From NCBI GenBank assembly GCA_029858555.1, contig JAOUEU010000003.1, positions 1 to 41,577 of the forward strand: 41,577 bases of DNA, given 5' to 3'. The notes beneath the pieces were generated by a model. The model was not told the origin of the DNA. It did no database searches and saw only the letters and a program-made list of their open reading frames with translations. Source of the DNA: Candidatus Zixiibacteriota bacterium. Its GTDB lineage: Bacteria > Zixibacteria > MSB-5A5 > GN15 > FEB-12. Position numbers and translations under genes: made by a program. This document shows, one piece after another, positions 21,297 through 28,583 of the stretch; position 1 is the first letter of the stretch, and each line of letters opens with the position of its first letter.

Positions 21297-22100
21297 TCAG
21301 TCAGTCAGATAAAAGACAATTGCCACAAACAGCGACGATAGCACCGCAAATCTCAGTTCGTTTCTGCCAAAGCGCGACCGGGAGTAGCATGTCCTCTCGG
21401 GGGCACGGTTGTAACCTCGGGCCTGAATGGCCAGGGCAATGTCGTCGGCGCGCTGAACTGCCGCGACAAAGACCGGAATGATAATATAGGCGGTCTTTCT
21501 GGTGCGGTTCACCAGCGACCCGGAGAAGTTCACACCTCGCATGATCTGGGCGTTGCGAATGGCCACGAATTCCTCGTACAGCACCGGAATGAAGCGAATC
21601 GCCATAAAAAGAATCAACGACAGGTCGTGCACTGGCACTCTTATCACCTTCAGCGGTTTTAGCATCTTGGAAAAGGCCTCGGCCAATTCCGACGGTGAAT
21701 TGGTCAGCGTCATCAGAAAGGCGACCGTGATAAACAGAACCAGCCGCAGCGAATAGAAGCCGGCCATCTCCAGTCCGCCGCTTGTAATGCGCCAGCCGAA
21801 CACTTCAAGCAGTGTCTCCGTATCCTTTCCGGAAAAGGCCAGGTGGTACAGGGCCGTCACCGCCACCAAAATGAGCAGCGGCTTGAAATTCCTGAGCAGA
21901 GCCCCCAGTCCAACCTGTGCATATAGAAGAACCGCCAGAAGCGAGGCCAGAATCACCACATAGAACAAAAGTGAACCGGTCATCAGGGCCAGGACCAATG
22001 CCAGCGTAATCGGAATCATCTTTGATCTCGCGTCCAGCCGATGCAGGTAGGTATCGAGAGGACGGTACTGCCCAAGCAATATCGGGCCCGATTGAAACAT
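21297..22100 (-). CDS. ecfT: Energy-coupling factor transporter transmembrane component T
   Basis: GQY...LHRLDARSK, AIRFIP, AQIMRG and AIQARGY coupling motifs. Confidence 0.9.
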   Translation of the reverse strand: MFQSGPILLGQYRPLDTYLHRLDARSKMIPITLALVLALMTGSLLFYVVILASLLAVLLYAQVGLGALLRNFKPLLILVAVTALYHLAFSGKDTETLLEVFGWRITSGGLEMAGFYSLRLVLFITVAFLMTLTNSPSELAEAFSKMLKPLKVIRVPVHDLSLILFMAIRFIPVLYEEFVAIRNAQIMRGVNFSGSLVNRTRKTAYIIIPVFVAAVQRADDIALAIQARGYNRAPERTCYSRSRFGRNELRFAVLSSLFVAIVFYLTD

Positions 22101-22138
22101 AGTTATTTAAAACAAAGAAGGCGGGCGGAAAGCAAGGC

Positions 22139-22315
22139 TTAATTCTCCCGTGCCGACTCCGCCTTGCGGCGCAGCGTCTTAACCTGCAGCAGACGCGCCC
22201 GACAGGCCGGGCATTCGCCTTTCCCTCGCCGCGAACGGAAATAACGGATAACCAGGAAGGCGACGGCCGCGCAGACCAGAAAGGCGATTATCAGTTGCTG
22301 CCAGAGTACACTCAT
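22139..22315 (-). CDS. FeoB-associated small Cys-rich membrane protein (58 aa)
   Basis: ATG overlaps the feoB stop (TAATG); MSVLWQQLIIAFLVCAAVAFLVIRYFRSRRGKGECPAC... gives one TM plus CxxC. The longer ORF-track start is probably spurious. Confidence 0.7.
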   Translation of the reverse strand: MSVLWQQLIIAFLVCAAVAFLVIRYFRSRRGKGECPACRARLLQVKTLRRKAESAREN

Positions 22316-24735
22316 TACAAACCCATCCCGCTTAGTATCTGGTATGCGACCAGCGAAAACAGATACGCCAGCGTTGTCATATACGCGAAGACAACCGCCG
22401 GGTAGAGCCAGCGGGCGGTCTCCTGGCGTATAGTGACCAGCGTCGCCCCGCACTGGCAGCACAGGGCGAAGAAAACCATTATAGACAGGGCTACTGCCGG
22501 TGTGAATACCGGTCGGCCCACCTTGGCCCCACTATCCCACTTCGCGTGACGCATCTTCTGTACCAGCGATGCCGACTCCTCGTCGACCTCGGACCCCAGG
22601 TTATATATTGTGCCCAGAGTCGCAATGATTACCTCTCGAGCGGGAAATCCGGCCAGGACCGACATGGTGATTTTCCAGTCCCAACCGAGGGGCCTGAAAA
22701 CGGGTTCGATTATCCGTCCGATTCTGCCAAAAAAGGACTGCCGCAGAAACTCGCCGGCTCGGCTGTTGGACAACTCGCGCACAGACCGGGCGTGAGCCAG
22801 GTCAAGTGCCGAGGATTCCATCACCGCGTCGACCAGGGCTGCCCTGTCGGGTTTTGCGCTGACGGCGACGTCTCTTATTCCCCTCAATCCAGCTTCGTCC
22901 CCGGCCTGAGCAGCCCGCTTACGAAGCGATGCCACCCAGATGGACTCGTCCGCCGACAAACCGTTTAAGGCAGACACCAGGCGTGTTTCCAAAACGGCCC
23001 GGTCATATTCGTTACGGGCACTTAGTTCTGCAGCTTGTTGTTCGTATTTGTCGGCCAGCTCAGCCGGGCGGGGATAGTAACTGAGAGCCCAGATAATGAT
23101 AGTGATGGCCAGAATGACCGTCCCGGCCCTGATGACAAAGGTCTTGAGACGATTGACGACACGGACGACAACCGATTTCCAGGTGGGCAATTTATACGAC
23201 GGCATCTCCATCAGAAAAGTTCCGCGCTCCGTCTTCAAAAGCGTTTTGCTCAGAATAAACGACACCACCACGGCTACGATCACACCCAACAAGTAGAGCA
23301 GTGACAGCACCGCCCCTTGAAGGTTAAACACGCTCCAGTATGTTTTGTACGGAATGAACGCAGCGATCATGATAGAGTATACCGGAAGGCGCGCCGAGCA
23401 TGTCATCAGGGGCGCCACCATAATCGTTATGAATCGCAATTTACGGTCCTCTATGGTCCGCGTCGCCATGATGCCAGGCACGGCGCAGGCAAACGAGGAA
23501 AGCATGGGGATAAACGACTTTCCCGACAGGCCGCACCAGCGAAACATCCGGTCAACCAGAAAGGCCGCTCGGGACATGTAACCGGAGTCCTCGAGAATCG
23601 ATATAAAGATAAAGAGAATAGCTATCTGCGGAATGAAGATCAGCACCGAACCGACACCACCAATAACACCGTCGGCAAGCAGGGAACGCAGCGGCCCTTC
23701 AGCCATCGAACCGGCGACCAGCCCGGCCAGGCCACCGAAAGCTGTGTCTATCAGTTCCATGAACGGCTCCGCCCAACTGAATATGGAGTGGAAAATGAAA
23801 ACCATGGCCGCCAGAAGCACCAGCGGGCCGAGAACCGGATGCAGCAAGAAACGGTCAACCTTTTCGGATGTCGTCCTGTCACGCCGGCTCCTGACTCTAA
23901 GAACCTGACGGCAGACGTCCTCGGCTTTTTTCCCCAGAAAACTCGTCTCCGCCGCTGATAATGAACCATAAGTAGCAATCAGGCGCTTGCGCCCCCTGTC
24001 AACCACATCCAGCAGGTTACTGTCGGCCTTGCCCAGAAACCTTTCTTCAAGGGGACCATTAACATCAAAAATCACTCTCAAGTATTCCGCGCGCGTGAAA
24101 TGACCGTTATCCCTGCTTTGTCTTAAGGTGGTCAGCAATTCCTCAGCGATAGGATCGTAATGGTGATTGAGCGGGCAGAACGGCCTCTCTATTATTTCGG
24201 CAACTTCCTCCTTTAACCGGCTGATCCCGTGTCCCCTATTGCCCACAACCGGCACCACCGGAACACCCCCTAAGAGATACTGAAGTCCGGGAATGTCAAT
24301 CTCGATGCCTTTGCGACCGGCCAGGTCGATCATATTCAGGGCTACCACCACCGGCTGGCCGATCTGCAGTATCTGGTAGAGAAAATACAACCCGCGCTCG
24401 AGGTTCGTGGCGTCGATGACACACACGATGGCGTCGGGCAGACTGCTCCCATCAAGGCTGCCGTGCAGGGCGGAGACGGCGATACGCTCATCGGGGGAAA
24501 ATGCCGACAGCGAGTATGAACCAGGGATGTCTACCAGGCAGAGCCTGCGGCGCACCGGCTTATCGACGGTGAAGTATCCACTGACCTTTTCAACCGTCAC
24601 GCCCGGGTAGTTAGCCACCTTCTGCCTGAGGCCCGTCATGGCATTAAAAATAGTGGTCTTCCCACTGTTGGGATTACCACAGACAGCGATCGTTTTAGGC
24701 CGTGTGGAAGATTCTATGTTGGCTCTGATTCCCAT
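22315..24735 (-). CDS. feoB: Ferrous iron transporter FeoB
   Basis: G1 GNPNSGKT, NYPGVTVE, DIPG, NMID; LEDSGYM, CSARLPVY, FLMEMP, AREV. Confidence 0.96.
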   Translation of the reverse strand: MGIRANIESSTRPKTIAVCGNPNSGKTTIFNAMTGLRQKVANYPGVTVEKVSGYFTVDKPVRRRLCLVDIPGSYSLSAFSPDERIAVSALHGSLDGSSLPDAIVCVIDATNLERGLYFLYQILQIGQPVVVALNMIDLAGRKGIEIDIPGLQYLLGGVPVVPVVGNRGHGISRLKEEVAEIIERPFCPLNHHYDPIAEELLTTLRQSRDNGHFTRAEYLRVIFDVNGPLEERFLGKADSNLLDVVDRGRKRLIATYGSLSAAETSFLGKKAEDVCRQVLRVRSRRDRTTSEKVDRFLLHPVLGPLVLLAAMVFIFHSIFSWAEPFMELIDTAFGGLAGLVAGSMAEGPLRSLLADGVIGGVGSVLIFIPQIAILFIFISILEDSGYMSRAAFLVDRMFRWCGLSGKSFIPMLSSFACAVPGIMATRTIEDRKLRFITIMVAPLMTCSARLPVYSIMIAAFIPYKTYWSVFNLQGAVLSLLYLLGVIVAVVVSFILSKTLLKTERGTFLMEMPSYKLPTWKSVVVRVVNRLKTFVIRAGTVILAITIIIWALSYYPRPAELADKYEQQAAELSARNEYDRAVLETRLVSALNGLSADESIWVASLRKRAAQAGDEAGLRGIRDVAVSAKPDRAALVDAVMESSALDLAHARSVRELSNSRAGEFLRQSFFGRIGRIIEPVFRPLGWDWKITMSVLAGFPAREVIIATLGTIYNLGSEVDEESASLVQKMRHAKWDSGAKVGRPVFTPAVALSIMVFFALCCQCGATLVTIRQETARWLYPAVVFAYMTTLAYLFSLVAYQILSGMGL

Positions 24736-24765
24736 CTCGCCCCGGTCACAGTTTCTCGCGACAGG

Positions 24766-24996
24766 TCACTCCTCAAGCTCGACACTCACTACCGATGCCT
24801 CTGAGTGCCTCAGCGAAAGAGAATTGTCGCCGACCCTGATCTGCATCGGATCGCTCAGGGGTGCATTGCGCACATACTCGATTATCCGCCCCGGCATCAA
24901 TCCCAGTTCCATTAGACGACGGGCTAGAGGACTGTCATTTACAAAACCCAGGACCCTGCCACGCTGGCCGGGAACCATTTTATCAAGGTAGGTCAT
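24766..24996 (-). CDS. feoA: Ferrous iron transport protein FeoA
   Basis: RRLMELGLMPG, APLSDP, LSLRHSEA. Confidence 0.93.
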   Translation of the reverse strand: MTYLDKMVPGQRGRVLGFVNDSPLARRLMELGLMPGRIIEYVRNAPLSDPMQIRVGDNSLSLRHSEASVVSVELEE

Positions 24997-25116
24997 TTTT
25001 TGCTCTTGCTTTCACTTGTCAACTCATTTTTTTCTCACGGTCGGCCATTTGGCGGCGCCGTTGTTGTCTCGATCGCACTGGTCGGAGTCGCCGCAACTTT
25101 TCTTTCCGCTAGCTCC

Positions 25117-25530
25117 TTATCGATTTTTCTTGCGGCATTTACGGCAGTATCCCTGAATCTCGATCTTGAACCCATCCGCTTCGAAATCGAGGTCGCGAGC
25201 CTTATCAGCCAGGAATTGCGCCATAGTCTCCGCCTTGAATTCTACGACATCCTTACAACTCACACAAAACAGGTGACCATGAAGATCGCGGGTAATGCGG
25301 TCGTAACGAGTAATTCCATCACCCATATTGACCTCCTCAGCCAGCCCCACTTTACAGATGAGCTTCAAGTTCCTCCAGACCGTGCTGTAACCGATCGAGC
25401 GGTCTTTCTGCCGGACTCTTTCGTACAACTCGTCGACCGATACGTGACGGCCCAATTCAAAGAAAGAGCGAAAGACAAGCTCCCTCTGGGGGGTCATCTT
25501 GAAACCTTTTGTTTTCAGAAATTCCTTCAT
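25117..25530 (-). CDS. fur: Fur-family transcriptional regulator
   Basis: KMTPQR, HVSVDELY, STVWRNL, HGHLFCVSC, GYCRKC. ATG 25530 preferred because the upstream extension is operator/promoter DNA. Confidence 0.85.
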   Translation of the reverse strand: MKEFLKTKGFKMTPQRELVFRSFFELGRHVSVDELYERVRQKDRSIGYSTVWRNLKLICKVGLAEEVNMGDGITRYDRITRDLHGHLFCVSCKDVVEFKAETMAQFLADKARDLDFEADGFKIEIQGYCRKCRKKNR

Positions 25531-25551
25531 AAATACCCTAGCCCAAGCCGG

Positions 25552-25568
25552 ATGAAAACGATTTTCAA
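25552..25568. promoter_or_regulatory. Fur box upstream of fur-feoA-feoB
   Basis: Inverted repeat TGAAAA-CGA-TTTTCA; the minus strand TTGAAAATCGTTTTCAT has one mismatch to the WTGAAAATNATTTTCAW-type Fur signal; TTGACT -35-like hexamer just upstream. Confidence 0.75.
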
Positions 25569-25654
25569 TTTCAATTAAACGTATTTCGGCCAAAAGTCAA
25601 GTGGATTTGACAATAATTTGAGAAATTTTTCACTTTGCTAACGCTATAGACACC

Positions 25655-25684
25655 AATAAAATAGCCGCCCGACGGGGCGGCTAT
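25655..25684 (-). terminator. Intrinsic terminator after the M6 protease
   Basis: ATAGCCGCCC-gacg-GGGCGGCTAT followed on the minus strand by TTTATT. Confidence 0.8.
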
Positions 25685-25708
25685 ATAGAGAAGCAGTTGT
25701 GGACCTTA

Positions 25709-28498
25709 CTACTTCAGAAGAATCATTTTTCTCGCCTGAGCGTCGTTACCGCGAGTCAATTTGTAGAAATAGACACCCGACGCCACTTTCTTACCGGTGG
25801 TGTTGGTGCTGTTCCACTCCACCGAGTAATTCCCCGGCAACTGCACTTCATCCACCAGGGTTTTTACTTTCTGTCCCAGCATATTATAGACTGCCAGGTT
25901 TGTTTTGGCCGGTCTGGTGCCATACTCGCTGTCAGTCCGCAAAGTGTATGAAATCACCGTACTGGGGTTGAACGGGTTGGGATAATTCTGGTTCAGATCA
26001 AAGCTTATGGGAAGTGCTGCAAAGGGCCGACCATCCCACACGGACGTAAGTGTACCGCCAAAAAAGCCGATCACACGGTTTAAAAGGGTGTCTTTGGTGG
26101 CGTAGCCGCTACTGACAAAAAGGTCACCAATGTACTCGAATGGAAAGGTCATGAGAAAAGTCTTGTAGGCGCCGTCATAGGTCACGGCGGTTACCCAGTC
26201 GGGTCTATCCTCTTTTGCAGAGCCGAAATCACCCACATATAAGGCGCCCTGGGCATCGCCAAGGGGTTCCAGTAGCGCGAATGGTTTCGGAAGGACCGTA
26301 CCGTACCTGTACTTGGTGCCGCCTGTCACCGGGTTATCGCTGAAACTCTTAAACACGTACCAGTTGCTCGTAGAGCTGCTATTAGTGTGCAGGTAGTCGG
26401 TGAGAAACGAAGGGTCGTTAGCCTGGATATCGGGAACGGCGGCAAAACCCGAGAGGAAGAGCTGGCCATCGTAAGTGCCCAGGTACTCCTTGAGAGCGCT
26501 GATGTCAGAGGAGCCAAGACTGCCGCTTGCCTGCTGCCCGGTATGCCAGAATACCATGGGATAACGGCCCAACTCGGTGCCGGTGGGTGAACCGCTCGCG
26601 TCAGAATGCCAGACCTGGTGCGGAATGCGCCGCAGGTAGACCATCTCCCGGTATATCTCGTCATAGTCGTCACCCTGGTCATCATCGACGATCAGAATCT
26701 GCGGAGCGCCCAGTGAGACTTCGATTCCGAAAGTTTTGCTGTAATTTTCGCTCCCGGCAACGCCGGCCACCGAGTCGGCTGTTATTGTCAGGATGAAAGA
26801 ATCGATAATCGGTGTAAATTCATCCGCCATTTTGAACTTTATCGGAAGACCCGTATCAAAATTACTGCGGGCAACCGCATCCAGATCGGTGGCAAAGGGC
26901 ACATCGTTGGTCAGTAGTTGTACGTCGGGATTGGATGACGATAGTGAGGCTCGCGGGTTATATGCATGGCGCATCAGGTTCTTTACCGTGAAGTAAAAGT
27001 TGACCGTTTCGCCGGCAGTGATTATTCCGTCACCGTTTCCCTCCTGCGAATCATCAAAGATGATGGAATCCGGACCCGTCAGAACCGTGTAAGGTCGCGA
27101 GTACTCTACGTCGAAATCCGCCGTCATCAACGAATCGGGGTTGGATATGTTCCACACACCTATTTGCGTCGTAACTCCGGTCACGTTCAGTCGCGAATTG
27201 GGCGATGACAGGTCGTGGAAATTCCTGTTGTTGGAGGAGCCGGGCCAGGGGTCCGAAGCGTCACCGTAGTTGCCCACAGTGTATGCCAAATCGTCGTTGC
27301 CATCAGCCTGCTCCAGCGCCACACGGTATCTTTCCGGGTCGTTATTGGGCAGCGGACCGGCCATGTCTATGTGATATATGCACAGCCCCTCTCCGGGCAG
27401 GGCCAGATCAAAACCGGTTTTCTGTCTGTTTTCTACAACCCAGTACTGTGAACCTCCGCCCACGGCATTACCAAGGAAGTAGATCACAGGATCAGTCTCA
27501 ACCTGGGGTATCACCACACCGCTGAGATTTTCGTTGACTATCGTATAGCTGGCAAAATTCGCGACTACTTTTGACCAGCCATCCAGGTGCGCCGGCCTCT
27601 GGCTGCCGCCGTTGTAGTTGCCGCTGGCCATCAAAGACCACTTGCCCAGGCCGTATGAACCGGGTGGGTCATAATTGACGTCATAAAGATCAGAAAGACC
27701 CAAAAAATGCCCGTATTCGTGACAAAAGACACCGATCGGTGACAGATCGCCGCCGCTTTCTTCCGGATTCATGGTGTACGCCTCCACGGTCACGCCGTCA
27801 TACACTCTGGGTGGAACTATGTTAGCCTTGTGCGACCAGATACCGTAAGCTCCCTCTTCGGCGCCCGGACCGGCATGAATGATAATCACGCCGTCGCAAT
27901 ACGTGTCCCCATTCCGGTCGTATTTGCTGAAATCGGCCCCGTTGGCGTAGGCGCTGTCAAGCGCCTGCTTGGCAAGGACCGAGCTATTGACAGCGCCGTC
28001 GTCCGCGCCCACATACCAGGCATACGTCTCCGGCATAGTGTACCAGCCGTATATGTCACCCTTAACATAGAACTGCCCGTATGAGTTCTCGAGGTAGTAG
28101 TCGGTCATAGAACCGGTGGGATTGATTATAAGGTCGGTCTCTCGGTTCGAGAAAAGCAGAGAATCAAAATCCTCCGGCCCTGAATTGACCCCGCCGCCGG
28201 TATGCGGATTATCTGTGAAATCCACCAGTATAACGATCACGTACGCCGTATCGGCGGCTTGTTCGCCGAGTGCCATTCTGTCAAAGCGCTTGGCTCTGTC
28301 GAAGGGAGTATGTATCTCCGGGCTGCATCCGCCGGCCTTCTTAAAAGCGTTCCAGTTGGCGACCTTCTGTTCCCAGACGCCTTCTGCCTTCCACTTTTCA
28401 ACCGCCTCAGGCGTGGGGGCTACGGCCAGCACATGTGAGGCAACAAGAAAAAGCAGCATGAACACGCCAAGTATCGCAGTCAATCTCGTTGTTGACAT
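25709..28498 (-). CDS. M6 (immune inhibitor A-like) metalloprotease with C-terminal T9SS-like sorting domain
   Basis: Signal peptide from ATG 28498 (AAGGA RBS); VILVDF, YYLENSYG, IIHAGPG, HEYGHFLGLSDLY, WSLMASG, VENRQ; CTD LNQNYPNPFNP...SGVYFY...KMILLK. Confidence 0.9.
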   Translation of the reverse strand: MSTTRLTAILGVFMLLFLVASHVLAVAPTPEAVEKWKAEGVWEQKVANWNAFKKAGGCSPEIHTPFDRAKRFDRMALGEQAADTAYVIVILVDFTDNPHTGGGVNSGPEDFDSLLFSNRETDLIINPTGSMTDYYLENSYGQFYVKGDIYGWYTMPETYAWYVGADDGAVNSSVLAKQALDSAYANGADFSKYDRNGDTYCDGVIIIHAGPGAEEGAYGIWSHKANIVPPRVYDGVTVEAYTMNPEESGGDLSPIGVFCHEYGHFLGLSDLYDVNYDPPGSYGLGKWSLMASGNYNGGSQRPAHLDGWSKVVANFASYTIVNENLSGVVIPQVETDPVIYFLGNAVGGGSQYWVVENRQKTGFDLALPGEGLCIYHIDMAGPLPNNDPERYRVALEQADGNDDLAYTVGNYGDASDPWPGSSNNRNFHDLSSPNSRLNVTGVTTQIGVWNISNPDSLMTADFDVEYSRPYTVLTGPDSIIFDDSQEGNGDGIITAGETVNFYFTVKNLMRHAYNPRASLSSSNPDVQLLTNDVPFATDLDAVARSNFDTGLPIKFKMADEFTPIIDSFILTITADSVAGVAGSENYSKTFGIEVSLGAPQILIVDDDQGDDYDEIYREMVYLRRIPHQVWHSDASGSPTGTELGRYPMVFWHTGQQASGSLGSSDISALKEYLGTYDGQLFLSGFAAVPDIQANDPSFLTDYLHTNSSSTSNWYVFKSFSDNPVTGGTKYRYGTVLPKPFALLEPLGDAQGALYVGDFGSAKEDRPDWVTAVTYDGAYKTFLMTFPFEYIGDLFVSSGYATKDTLLNRVIGFFGGTLTSVWDGRPFAALPISFDLNQNYPNPFNPSTVISYTLRTDSEYGTRPAKTNLAVYNMLGQKVKTLVDEVQLPGNYSVEWNSTNTTGKKVASGVYFYKLTRGNDAQARKMILLK

Positions 28499-28583
28499 TT
28501 TCCAGTCCTTTTTATCTTTAGCACTTTTCATCTTTAACATAAGCTTTGCAGCCGGGTTCCTGGACAATATAGCCAAATCCGTG

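Noticed and set aside
22316-22462. Longer start for the Cys-rich mini-protein
   Set aside because: Lies inside feoB; the ATG coupled to the feoB stop is far more plausible.
25531-25593. N-terminal extension of Fur given in the ORF track
   Set aside because: It overlaps the Fur box and promoter-like AT-rich DNA; ATG 25530 gives a normal-length Fur.
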